From Flavobacteriales bacterium (GTDB taxonomy: Bacteria; Bacteroidota; Bacteroidia; Palsa-965), in NCBI GenBank assembly GCA_040377305.1, contig JBEIPA010000021.1:1-64000 (forward strand): 64,000 bases of DNA, written 5' to 3'. Shown here in pieces: positions 1-9,381 of this stretch (position 1 is its first letter; the number at the start of each line of letters is the position of its first letter). Made by a program: the position numbers and the translations under genes. Below the pieces are notes generated by a model. The model saw nothing but the letters and a program-made list of their open reading frames with translations. It was not told the DNA's origin and searched no databases.

Positions 1-112
1 CTATCATCCTATCATCCTATCATCCTATCATCCTATCATCCTATCATCCTATCATCCTATCATCCTATCATCCTATCATCCTATCATCCTATCATCCTAT
101 CATCCTATCATC
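1..112. repeat. Perfect tandem repeat (CTATCATC)x14, truncated by the window edge
   Basis: 14 exact 8-bp units from 1 to 112. The last unit overlaps the TGA stop (111-113) of the TolC-family gene. Confidence 0.98.
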
Positions 113-1403
113 ACAGGTCGGCAGCTTGTCTGTGAATATCAATCTCCGCAGTCTTCACGTCAAACTGCAATCCTGCTAATTGATAAAGCACACCGGATAG
201 TGTTGCTTGTGCCTGTCCAACTTCAAGTGCTGTTCCCTGACCCAGACGCAGGCGTTCAAGCGTAAGGTTCATATTTTCTTTCGCGAGTGTTTCGTTTTCC
301 TGTTCCAATGCGAGTGAAAGCATATACGAATCAAAAATCCCTAGCGACTGAATCAAAACCAGTTTCGCATTCAGTTTCGCACTTTCAAAGTTGTAATCTG
401 CAGTTTGCATTTCGATACGATTGATCTGATCCTGTCTGCGTAATGCTCCACCTGAATAAATCGGCATACTTAAAGTCAATCCTGCATTCCACCCATACAT
501 CTGACTAAACAAGGTAAAGCCAGCTGTGTTTTGATTACGATTGTAGTTGTATCCGGCGTGTCCAACGACTTGCGGTGAATACTGCGTTCGGTTTTCACGA
601 TAGGTGAGCGCTGCAACTTTGCGTTGTGCGTCGAAAACCAACAGCGAAGGATTGTTACTGTACATTTTATTCTCCAGCTCTGCGCGATTCTCCAATGGTG
701 TAATCGGAATGCTGTCTGAAACTTCGAACGGTGTCAGCACATCGCGGGCAAGCAGCGTGTTGAGATATTGTTTCGAATTGTTCAGCGCCAGTACAAGTTC
801 AAGACGTATTTGCTTCTGGTTGTTGAGATCAATTTTTGCCTGCAACAAATCGGTTTTCGGTCCAAGCCCGCCCTTGAAACGGGAGTCGGTAATTTTCACG
901 CGTTCTTCATTGTACCGAATGATTTCATCGGTTGCATCAATCTGTGCTTGCAGACGAACCGCATCGTAATAAGCAATCAATACATCTGCTGAAGTATTGA
1001 TCACTTGCACACGGAACATGTATCCACCGATCAACTGAATCTGTTCGAGCTTGTCTTTAGTCACAAACATCTTTGTTCCATCGAATAGAGTCCAGTCGAG
1101 TGCAACTCCGGCATTCACGTTTGTGCCGCCTGCATTCGGTGATACAATTTCATTTCCGTTTGTGAATTGCTGGCGCAGGTTATTCTGTGTTTTCGAAATT
1201 CCTCCAAGCAGATAAACCGACGGAAGCATTCCTGCAGCTCCTGCACTGTTGCGGATAGAATCTTCTTTCGCATTGTTTGCTGCAATGCGGATGCTGTAAT
1301 TGTTCTGCAGGCTTAGCATCACTGCATCTTCTGCGGTCAGCACGTTTTGTGCGTGCGCTGCAGACGCAACGAAGAGTAAAGCAAGTACAAGCTTATTCAT
1401 CAT
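111..1403 (-). CDS. TolC-family outer membrane efflux protein
   Basis: Signal peptide (MNKLVLALLFVASAAHAQ), ~430 aa with two OEP-like helical halves. Overlaps the stop of the RND permease. Start is 1403 or 1400. Confidence 0.9.
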   Translation of the reverse strand: MMNKLVLALLFVASAAHAQNVLTAEDAVMLSLQNNYSIRIAANNAKEDSIRNSAGAAGMLPSVYLLGGISKTQNNLRQQFTNGNEIVSPNAGGTNVNAGVALDWTLFDGTKMFVTKDKLEQIQLIGGYMFRVQVINTSADVLIAYYDAVRLQAQIDATDEIIRYNEERVKITDSRFKGGLGPKTDLLQAKIDLNNQKQIRLELVLALNNSKQYLNTLLARDVLTPFEVSDSIPITPLENRAELENKMYSNNPSLLVFDAQRKVAALTYRENRTQYSPQVVGHAGYNYNRNQNTAGFTLFSQMYGWNAGLTLSMPIYSGGALRRQDQINRIEMQTADYNFESAKLNAKLVLIQSLGIFDSYMLSLALEQENETLAKENMNLTLERLRLGQGTALEVGQAQATLSGVLYQLAGLQFDVKTAEIDIHRQAADL

Positions 1404-4400
1404 TCGTATTTAATTGAACAGGTTCTTCTCGTTTCTTGTCGCGATGTGCAATGAAACTGTACATGACAGGAATGATATAAAGTGTCAAAAGCAATGAGAA
1501 CAACAGTCCGCCGGTAATAACAATTCCAAGTGGCATACGGCTCTTCGCTCCTGCACCCAGAGCCAAAGCTATCGGTAAAGCACCGAGCACAGTGGCCAGC
1601 GTTGTCATCAGGATAGGACGCATACGTGCAACAGCAGCATCTGTAACAGCCGACAATCGGGATTGACCTTTTTCTCTCAGTTTATTCGTGAATTCAACAA
1701 TCAGGATTCCGTTTTTTACAACGAGCCCGATAAGCATTATGCTACCGATCTGGCTGAAAATATTCCAGGTCTGATCAAAGATCCAGAGTGAAATAAACGC
1801 TCCTGCGAAAGCTAGCGGAATCGTCAGCATGATGACCAGCGGATCGAGGAAGCTTTCGAATTGAATTGCCAGCACCATAAATATCAAAACAATAGCCAGG
1901 ATCAAGGCGAACATGGTGTTGGAGGAACTTTCCTTGAAATCAAGAGACTGTCCGCTATACGCTGTCTGGAAGGAATCGTCCAGCAGTTCTCCCGCAATTC
2001 GCTCCATGGCTGCAATACCATCTCCTAGCGTTTTTTCTTCCGCCAGAGATGCAGAGATTGTTGCCGATTTATAACGGTTGTAGTGAAATAGAGTAGGGGG
2101 ATTGCTCGACTCCTCTATTCGTATCACTGTGCTCAGGGGCACCATTGCACCTGTCCGGCTCCGGACATAAATCAGGCTGAGATCGGCGGGAGCATTGCGG
2201 CTCAAACGATCAACCTGTCCAATGACCTGGTATTGTCTTCCCTGTTCCTGGTAATAACCGAAGCGACGGCCGCTGTAGAGCAGTTGCATGGTTTCAGAAA
2301 TGTCAGAGACAGAAATTCCCAATGAAGCTGCTTTGATCCGGTCGATGGTGATTTCCAGTTCAGGCTTGTTGAATTTCAGGTTGACATCGGATTTTGCAAA
2401 CGTAGAGTCCTTTTGAACGGCTTCGAGAAATAGCGGAATTACATTGCGCAGTTTATCGAAGTCGAGTGTTTGTATTACAAACTGCACCGGCATCTGGGAA
2501 TTTCCTCCGAGCGACGTACTGATGGTGGGTTCCTGGGTCGTGAACATTTTCGCGCCCGGAAACCGATCGGTAATTCGGTTGAGACGATCCGCTACATCGT
2601 CCTGTGATGCATCGCGGTTTTCCGGATCAATAAGCCTGATGATGATCATTCCGGAATTTACTGCGCCTGAACCCCAGGATGGAGACGTGTTGCTGAAAAT
2701 CATATTTGCTTCCGGAATACTGTCGATAATCACGCTGGTTACATCGTAGATCATCTGATCCATGCGATCGAAGGATGTTCCTTCCGGTCCGGTGATGGGA
2801 ATACGAACGGCACTCCGGTCTTCCAGCGGTGCTGTTTCCTGTGGAATTATTACGTACAGAAAAGTTCCGGCCGCAATTGAAGCCAGCAATCCGGCTACTG
2901 CAATCCATCTTCTGCGCATGAATTTTTCAAGCGAGTTTCTGTATCCGTTTTCCATTCTGCGGAAGAAAGGTTCAGACCATGTGTAGAAACGTGAATGACG
3001 CTGAACTTTCCGGCTCAGCTTGACATTGAGGACTGGTGTGAGCGTTAATGAAACCAATGCAGAGATCAACACAGCCCCGGCGACGACCACACCGAATTCG
3101 CGGAACAACCGTCCGGTAAAGCCTTCGAGAAATATAACCGGAATGAAAACAATGGTCAGCGTAATTGAAGTGGAAATTACTGCAGCAAAAATTTCCCTCG
3201 TGCCTTCACGGGCAGCCTGTAAAGCACCCATACCTTTTTCAATGCGCTTGTAAATGTTTTCCGTGACCACAATGCCGTCGTCTACCACCAGCCCGGTTGC
3301 CAATACAATGGCGAGGAGTGTGAGTACATTAATCGTGAAGCCGAAAATGTACATGATGAAGAAGGCGCCAATGAGCGATACCGGAATATCAATTAACGGT
3401 CGCAGCGCAATACTCCAGTCACGGAAGAACAGGTAAATGATCAGGATCACCAGCACAATTGCGATCAGCAGAGTTTCTTTTACTTCCGAAATGGATTTGC
3501 GGACAAACTTTGACTTGTCCATTCCAACGCTGATCGTCATTCCATCGGGAACGTTTTTCTGAATCTCTTCAAATCGTTTGTAGAATTCGTCTGCAATTGA
3601 TATGTAATTGGCGCCGGGTTGCGGAATAATGGAAACCGATACAGAGGTTACATTGCTCAGGCGGGAAATTGTTTCGGGATTCTCCGGACCTAAAACCGCT
3701 TCACCAACATGTCCGAACAGGATCGTTCCATTAGCGTCGCTTGAAATGATGAGGTTCTCAAAATCTTCTTCCGTAGTAAGTCTGCCGTATGTTTTGATCG
3801 TAAGTTCAGTTTCATTGCCACTGATTTTTCCTCCGGGTAACTCGACGTTCTCGCGCAGAAGTGCAGCATAAACATCTTGTACCGTTAGATTCCGCGCTGC
3901 GAGCTTAAGAGGATCTATCCACAATCGCATGGCAGGACGACGCTGACCGAAAATACGTACTTCACTCACACCGGGAATCGTCTGCAGTTTTTCCTGCATT
4001 ACGTTCTCTACGTACTTGCTCAGCTCAAGGTCGTTCATCTTGCTGCTTTGCACCGGCATGAAAATGATGGGATCGCTGTTCGCGTCAGACTTCGTTACGG
4101 TTGGTGGCGCATCAATATCCTGTGGGAGATTTTTCGCCGCCTGTGAAACTTTGTCCCGCACATCATTTGCCGCACGTTCCAGGTCCATGTCCAGATCGAA
4201 TTCAACGGTAATGTTGCTCGAGCCCAATGCGGAGGATGAACTTACCGACTTAACACCTTCCACTCCGTTAATTGCTTTCTCCAGCGGTTCGGTAACCTGT
4301 GATTCTATGATTTCCGCATTCGCACCTGTGTAATTTGTGCGCACCGTAATTTTTGGAGGGTCAATCGCAGGATATTCCCGCACACCGAGAAAGCTGTAGC

Positions 4401-4482
4401 CAACTGCACCAAATATCATGATGAGCATGCTCAACACAATAGACCCAACCGGTCTCTTCAACGCTATATCGGAAATATTCAT
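1393..4482 (-). CDS. RND efflux permease, AcrB/AcrD/AcrF family
   Basis: 1029 aa. N-terminus 'ISDIALKRPV', TM4 'GLVVDDGIVVTENI', TM10 'GLVVKNGILIVEF', and 'RMRPILMT'. Confidence 0.97.
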   Translation of the reverse strand: MNISDIALKRPVGSIVLSMLIMIFGAVGYSFLGVREYPAIDPPKITVRTNYTGANAEIIESQVTEPLEKAINGVEGVKSVSSSSALGSSNITVEFDLDMDLERAANDVRDKVSQAAKNLPQDIDAPPTVTKSDANSDPIIFMPVQSSKMNDLELSKYVENVMQEKLQTIPGVSEVRIFGQRRPAMRLWIDPLKLAARNLTVQDVYAALLRENVELPGGKISGNETELTIKTYGRLTTEEDFENLIISSDANGTILFGHVGEAVLGPENPETISRLSNVTSVSVSIIPQPGANYISIADEFYKRFEEIQKNVPDGMTISVGMDKSKFVRKSISEVKETLLIAIVLVILIIYLFFRDWSIALRPLIDIPVSLIGAFFIMYIFGFTINVLTLLAIVLATGLVVDDGIVVTENIYKRIEKGMGALQAAREGTREIFAAVISTSITLTIVFIPVIFLEGFTGRLFREFGVVVAGAVLISALVSLTLTPVLNVKLSRKVQRHSRFYTWSEPFFRRMENGYRNSLEKFMRRRWIAVAGLLASIAAGTFLYVIIPQETAPLEDRSAVRIPITGPEGTSFDRMDQMIYDVTSVIIDSIPEANMIFSNTSPSWGSGAVNSGMIIIRLIDPENRDASQDDVADRLNRITDRFPGAKMFTTQEPTISTSLGGNSQMPVQFVIQTLDFDKLRNVIPLFLEAVQKDSTFAKSDVNLKFNKPELEITIDRIKAASLGISVSDISETMQLLYSGRRFGYYQEQGRQYQVIGQVDRLSRNAPADLSLIYVRSRTGAMVPLSTVIRIEESSNPPTLFHYNRYKSATISASLAEEKTLGDGIAAMERIAGELLDDSFQTAYSGQSLDFKESSSNTMFALILAIVLIFMVLAIQFESFLDPLVIMLTIPLAFAGAFISLWIFDQTWNIFSQIGSIMLIGLVVKNGILIVEFTNKLREKGQSRLSAVTDAAVARMRPILMTTLATVLGALPIALALGAGAKSRMPLGIVITGGLLFSLLLTLYIIPVMYSFIAHRDKKREEPVQLNTNDE

Positions 4483-4485
4483 ACG

Positions 4486-5526
4486 CTATTTAATCGAAGA
4501 AAATTTCGCAGGGGAGCCCGGACGTAAAAACTGAATACCGCTTGTAACAACCGTGTCACCCGCATTTAATCCTGAAACAATCTGCACATTGCTCTCTCCG
4601 CGAATTCCGGTTTCAACCTGAACGTATTCTACTTTGCCATTGCGGACAGCCATAACTTTCTTGTATCGCACATCAGGAATAATTGCAGAAGTAGGAACCA
4701 TCAACGCACTGTCTGTTGCACCTAATTGCAAATGCACGTGTGCAGATGCACCTGGAACCAAAGACTTCGATTTACTGTTAACAACTGCACGTACTTGCAG
4801 GTTCAATGTACTCTGACTGACTTGTTGTTCTGTCGCAATAACGGTTGCCTGATGCACTGTTGTGTCTCCACTTACAGTAAATGTAACACGCATAGATTTA
4901 TCAATGGTCGATGCATAACTCTCGGGTACACTAAAGTCAAGCTTTAACTCATCCTCTGCGCGTAAAACGGCAATCGGAGTTCCTGCTGTTACATAAGCAC
5001 CCTCACTTACTTTTCTCAAACCGAGTGTTCCGCTAAATGGAGCACGTATTTCTGTTCGTGAAATTTGTGCAGCAATTAATGATGCTTCAGCTTCGAATGT
5101 CGCAACTTGTGTATTCGCAATATCATACTCCTGCTGACTAACTCCTTGTATTTCGTAAAGCTCTTTGAGGCGTTGTGCTGTTTGTTTAGCAGTGGTAAGC
5201 TGTGCTTTAATTTTAGCTGCCTGAGCCTGTAAATCGGCGTCAAATAATTTCACAAGCAAAGTCCCTTTCTGCACAAATGTTCCTTCGGTGATATTGAGCA
5301 TCGTAATTCGTCCCGACACTTCAGGCATCAACACCGTTTCATCTTGAGCCAGCAGTGTTCCTGAAACTTCAATGAGATCAGAGAGGTGTTGTGGCTTTAC
5401 AATGTAACCATCAACCACAGGCGCTTGCTTTTTTGGTGCTTCCTCCGGTTCATTTCCTCCGCACGAGACCAAAAAAGTCGGAACTGCTGAAAGAAGAAAA
5501 AGGGTAAGCAGGTTCGTTCTTGTCAT
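4486..5526 (-). CDS. RND periplasmic adaptor (membrane fusion protein), lipoprotein
   Basis: Lipobox-like 'FLVSC', 'EIRAPFSG' and 'GLNAGDTVV' MFP motifs. Start reassigned to ATG 5526 because a -7 promoter element lies just upstream. Confidence 0.93.
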   Translation of the reverse strand: MTRTNLLTLFLLSAVPTFLVSCGGNEPEEAPKKQAPVVDGYIVKPQHLSDLIEVSGTLLAQDETVLMPEVSGRITMLNITEGTFVQKGTLLVKLFDADLQAQAAKIKAQLTTAKQTAQRLKELYEIQGVSQQEYDIANTQVATFEAEASLIAAQISRTEIRAPFSGTLGLRKVSEGAYVTAGTPIAVLRAEDELKLDFSVPESYASTIDKSMRVTFTVSGDTTVHQATVIATEQQVSQSTLNLQVRAVVNSKSKSLVPGASAHVHLQLGATDSALMVPTSAIIPDVRYKKVMAVRNGKVEYVQVETGIRGESNVQIVSGLNAGDTVVTSGIQFLRPGSPAKFSSIK

Positions 5527-5532
5527 ACCGCG

Positions 5533-5540
5533 CAAAGATA
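5533..5540 (-). promoter_or_regulatory. Bacteroidota -7 promoter element (TATCTTTG) for the RND operon
   Basis: Matches the TAnnTTTG consensus on the minus strand, 6 nt upstream of ATG 5526. Confidence 0.6.
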
Positions 5541-5676
5541 ACCATTCAGTGTAGCTACATTTGTTAAGAATTGTCTGATTTTTCACTGTAACATCTGCGT
5601 CTTTACGTAAAAACAAGACAGTTGGTATTATACAGCGATTAACGGTAAACGTATACGGAGAATGCGGAACTTTCAG

Positions 5677-6609
5677 TTACCAGCGGTATCTCTGCTTTCT
5701 TCCCCCATTGAAGATATTAATCGCCGGCGCCAGATTGATTCCGATATACGCCTCCGCTCTCACGAAATCGATCTCATAAAATGCCACACCCCAATGCAGC
5801 AGCCCGTAAAACGAGTTGAAGAAAAATCCAACCCCTGAAATTCGTGTGGCTAATATTTCATTTAGACCACCAATCGGAGTAAGCATCAATTCACAACTGA
5901 TCGGACCAATCATATCTGAAATCAAGCGCGGTAGAGGACGACGCGGAATCAATCCGATGTTAAATGCAATTCCTGGCCCTGGTTTGTAGGTGTCGTAATC
6001 TATTTCACCAAGATGTATAACCGGAATAGCAGGAGCAATGGAATTTATCTGGATCGATTCACGATTTGATTTGTCAGGTAGATTTACGGTTAGCAAGCTC
6101 TTTGTGTATCGAAGAAAAATCTGAAACTTCTTATCGCTGCCCTTTCTGCGGATCGTCATCCGAAATAATTCCCATTCACGCTTACGAATCTTCAGCACTT
6201 TGGTAATGAATCGCGAACCGGTTGAAGAATCTTCAATGAGTTTGAGAAATCCGGTCGAGTCAATAAGGTCGGTATTCTCAAATGTATACACCAACGCACC
6301 CGGTGTTTCAAGCAATGCATTCAGTGAATCGGTATAGCCGTGTAGTGAAATGTTATCCCGCAATGCAAGCGTAAGATGTCCAGTCGAACCCGGATCCACT
6401 CGCGATATGGTCTTCTTGTCCGGCTGTGCCTCGTAAAGTGCAGGAATAAAATCCGCACGACGAATTTTGTCGAGACTCAGAAATTTATTCAAACCGACTT
6501 CCTGATCCGGACACGTCTCAAGAAAAAAATTAGGTGATTCAATTCCGCGCTGACCGAACAAAACAGGGCAGAGGAGTAGCGATAACAAAACAAGATGAAA
6601 GTTGCGCAT
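5677..6609 (-). CDS. Hypothetical exported protein
   Basis: Open frame of ~310 aa with a signal-peptide-like start MRNFHLVLLSLLLCPVLFGQ. No family recognised. Confidence 0.7.
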   Translation of the reverse strand: MRNFHLVLLSLLLCPVLFGQRGIESPNFFLETCPDQEVGLNKFLSLDKIRRADFIPALYEAQPDKKTISRVDPGSTGHLTLALRDNISLHGYTDSLNALLETPGALVYTFENTDLIDSTGFLKLIEDSSTGSRFITKVLKIRKREWELFRMTIRRKGSDKKFQIFLRYTKSLLTVNLPDKSNRESIQINSIAPAIPVIHLGEIDYDTYKPGPGIAFNIGLIPRRPLPRLISDMIGPISCELMLTPIGGLNEILATRISGVGFFFNSFYGLLHWGVAFYEIDFVRAEAYIGINLAPAINIFNGGRKQRYRW

Positions 6610-6796
6610 GAGTAGGATTGTATACTCAAACTTAGACAATCACCAAAACTGCATGATGTTAATTCTAAATGTGTGTCAACTACGGAATGTGGATTGTTGT
6701 TTAATCTGCGCAATCTGCGAATCTGCGGCAAAATAAAAGCCACGATCTCGTTGTCGAAGTATATTGACTAATTTTCGAATCAAATATTGTAGTGTT

Positions 6797-7432
6797 ATGT
6801 ACAACCTCCCTCACCACAAAGCAAAAGATCAAGCCGACATCGTTGAATTCATCGGCAAGTATCCTTTCGCTTTCATTACAGGCTGCGATGCAAACGGACA
6901 TCCTGTTGCTACACAGATTCCGGTATTTTATGAAGAGCGGGATGGGAAGAAATTCCTGAGTGGTCACATCATGAAAGGCAATGATCATCACAAAGCATTC
7001 TCTCAAAACGAAAATGTGCTCGTTGTTTTTTCCGGCCATCACACGTACGTGAGCGGAACATGGTACACCAATCCGCATACACCGTCTACATGGAACTACA
7101 TGAGCGTACATGCACGAGGCATCATTCGTTTTCTCGGCGATGAAGAACTGATTGACGCACTCCGCAAAATCTCTCTGCATTTCGAAAACAACAATCCCGC
7201 TTCTGCAACCGCTTACGATAACTTACCACCTGAACTCATCAAACGACTGATGCACATGATCGTCGTTTTTGAAATCGAAGTCACCGAACTCGACAGCGTT
7301 TTCAAATTGAGCCAGGACAGAGACGAGAAGAGTTACGAGAACATCATCGTGAAACTTCGTGAACAGGGAGAAAGCGGACAGGTGATTGCAGGTGAGATGG
7401 AGAAGAGACAATCCATGGTTTTCAGGAAGTAA
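6797..7432 (+). CDS. paiB: FMN-binding negative transcriptional regulator, PaiB family
   Basis: 'MYNLPHH', 'PSTWNYMSVHARG' and 'FKLSQDR' motifs typical of the PaiB/FMN_bind_2 family. ATG at 6797. Confidence 0.88.
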   Translation: MYNLPHHKAKDQADIVEFIGKYPFAFITGCDANGHPVATQIPVFYEERDGKKFLSGHIMKGNDHHKAFSQNENVLVVFSGHHTYVSGTWYTNPHTPSTWNYMSVHARGIIRFLGDEELIDALRKISLHFENNNPASATAYDNLPPELIKRLMHMIVVFEIEVTELDSVFKLSQDRDEKSYENIIVKLREQGESGQVIAGEMEKRQSMVFRK

Positions 7433-7500
7433 ATATCCATTTTGATCCGCTTCATCCGCTCAATCCGCGTACTTTAATTGTAGTGCTTACTCGGAATGAT

Positions 7501-7619
7501 AAGCTCACGAAATATGGTCAGATCGAGTAGGCTCATCAATCTGGTTTGTCACAAGAATATCGCCGTACCAAGAGATGACTCACAACAAAAAAAGCCTCCC
7601 GAATTTCTTCAGAAGGCTC
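7501..7619. repeat. Copy A of a ~118-bp dispersed direct repeat ending in an intrinsic terminator
   Basis: Colinear with 9233-9348. Shares AAGCTCAC, GTCAGATCGAGTAGGC, AATCTGGTT, AGAGATGACTCAC and an identical 32-nt AAAAAAGCCTCCCGAATTTCTTCAGAAGGCTC. Confidence 0.92.
7587..7619 (-). terminator. Rho-independent terminator of the pirin gene
   Basis: Minus-strand GAGCCTTCTGAA-gaaa-TTCGGGAGGCT hairpin followed by a T run. Confidence 0.8.
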
Positions 7620-7668
7620 CACTCAATTTACTGCACTTAACCATTTACTTTTGACTCCAATCATCCAA

Positions 7669-8541
7669 TCACACCATCGGTACATCCATCAACAGTACTT
7701 CTGCTTTTTCACTGGCACTGATTGTAAGGTTCTCTGTGTCCCAAATGCCGTAACCATCGCGCGCACCCAATTCCTGATCATTCACTTTTAGTTTTCCGGA
7801 AAGCACGAAAATGTATGCGCCGTTTCCTTTGCGTTTAATAGTATATTTTTCGCTCTTCCCTGCGTCAAATTCTCCGAGGTGAAACCAGGCATCCTGATGA
7901 ATCCACACACCTGCATCGTTCGCATTGGGTGATAAAATCTGTTGCAGCTTGTTCACACGATCTTCCTTAGTCAGCGTAATCTGATCATAGCGCGGTGCAA
8001 CATCCTTCTTATTCGGGAATACCCAGATCTGCAGAAATTTTACCGACTTATCGCTGTTCTTATTGTACTCAGAGTGTTTAACTCCTGTCCCTGCACTCAT
8101 CACCTGAATGTCGCCATTCTTAATCACGGTGGTATTGCCCATACTGTCTTTGTGTTCCAGATCTCCTTCGAGCGGAATGGAAATAATTTCCATGTTGTCG
8201 TGCGGATGTGTTCCGAAACCCATCCCCGCAGAAACGGTGTCGTCGTTCAATACACGTAGAACACCAAAGTGCATACGCTCGGGATTATAGTAATTCGCGA
8301 AGCTAAAAGTATGATAACTCTGCAGCCAACCGTGATTAGCGTTGCCGCGTGTTTCCGCTTTGTGAAGGATACTGTTTGCCATAACTGCTGAGCTTGTATT
8401 GGGAATGTGATTGAATCCAACGAGGTTTACCGGTTGCAGTTCGTCGTTGTTGTTTTTTGTGATCGATGCCACTGCCGATCCAGCAACTAGGATACCTGCA
8501 CCACCGATGAGGCTCTTTTTAAGAAAGTTTTTGCGATCCAT
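7669..8541 (-). CDS. Pirin-family (YhhW-like) bicupin with an N-terminal Tat-like leader
   Basis: 'RGNANHGWL', 'GFGTHPHDNMEI' and 'MSAGTGVKHSE' pirin motifs. Leader MDRKNFLKKSLIGGAGILVAGSAVAS. Confidence 0.93.
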   Translation of the reverse strand: MDRKNFLKKSLIGGAGILVAGSAVASITKNNNDELQPVNLVGFNHIPNTSSAVMANSILHKAETRGNANHGWLQSYHTFSFANYYNPERMHFGVLRVLNDDTVSAGMGFGTHPHDNMEIISIPLEGDLEHKDSMGNTTVIKNGDIQVMSAGTGVKHSEYNKNSDKSVKFLQIWVFPNKKDVAPRYDQITLTKEDRVNKLQQILSPNANDAGVWIHQDAWFHLGEFDAGKSEKYTIKRKGNGAYIFVLSGKLKVNDQELGARDGYGIWDTENLTISASEKAEVLLMDVPMV

Positions 8542-8588
8542 AGCTTTAGTTTCTTTTACAAAGGTGCGATAGATGAGGCAATGAAACA

Positions 8589-8602
8589 TTGAACTAGTTC
8601 AA
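8589..8602. promoter_or_regulatory. Crp/Fnr-type operator TTGAACTAGTTCAA upstream of pirin
   Basis: Perfect 14-bp palindrome of TTGA-N6-TCAA form, lying between the Crp/Fnr gene and pirin. Confidence 0.7.
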
Positions 8603-8639
8603 GAAATTGACCAAGACCCAAAATGCAGAATGTCCGTTA

Positions 8640-9212
8640 CTACTTATGCTTCGATCTGATTTTGCTCAAAAATTCTGCCGAGATTCCCAGGTACGCCGCA
8701 ATGAGATGTTGCGGCACACGATTCGGTAACGATGGATACTTTTTCAGAAACTCGCGATAGCGTTCATCCGCTGGCTGTGCTACCGATGAAATAAACCGGT
8801 TCATCATTTCTTCATAGGCACGCTGCACCATCAGGCGGAACATGCGCTCAAACTTGGGCACTTCACGAAACAGTTTTTCTTTATCCGCATGATTGATCAG
8901 CAGGAGTTCACACGGTTCAATTGTTTCTATCGTGAGCGCTGCAGGTGTCTGAAACGTAAAACTGGGGAGGTCGCTCATCCACCAGTCCTCCACGGGGAAA
9001 TAAACATCCACTTCCTTCCCGGAATCATTGACAAAGTAGACACGCGCACATCCCTTCAGTACGAAAGCTTCGAAATCGCACACGTCTCCCGCGCGCAGCA
9101 AGATGGTTTTCTTCGGCGCTTCTCTGTGCTGCAGATATCCATGAAACAAATTCAGTTCCGCATCTGTAACGTCAATGCAATGGCGAACGTAACGATCAAT
9201 AGATTCGAACAT
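8640..9212 (-). CDS. Crp/Fnr-family transcriptional regulator
   Basis: cNMP-binding-like N-domain and C-terminal HTH 'PQHLIAAYLGISAEFLSKIR'. Confidence 0.93.
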   Translation of the reverse strand: MFESIDRYVRHCIDVTDAELNLFHGYLQHREAPKKTILLRAGDVCDFEAFVLKGCARVYFVNDSGKEVDVYFPVEDWWMSDLPSFTFQTPAALTIETIEPCELLLINHADKEKLFREVPKFERMFRLMVQRAYEEMMNRFISSVAQPADERYREFLKKYPSLPNRVPQHLIAAYLGISAEFLSKIRSKHK

Positions 9213-9232
9213 TCTAACAATATACGAATCTC

Positions 9233-9348
9233 AAGCTCACTTGAATTTGTCAGATCGAGTAGGCGCATAAATCTGGTTCATCACCCAGGTTTAGCCTTAC
9301 CGAGAGATGACTCACGAAAAAAGCCTCCCGAATTTCTTCAGAAGGCTC
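9233..9348. repeat. Copy B of the ~118-bp direct repeat, including the korB terminator
   Basis: Aligns with 7501-7619. The terminal hairpin plus A run acts as a minus-strand terminator downstream of korB. Confidence 0.92.
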
Positions 9349-9381
9349 TCATGCTTATTAGCACATTATCTCATTAGCAAA

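Noticed and set aside
1-112. Possible CRISPR array or telomere-like repeat
   Set aside because: Contiguous 8-bp units with no spacers and no cas genes. The context is clearly bacterial.
7501-9348. Composite transposon or integron cassette around Crp-pirin
   Set aside because: The flanks are direct repeats with no transposase or integrase, and no attC-type core sites were recognised. Kept only as an unexplained repeat.
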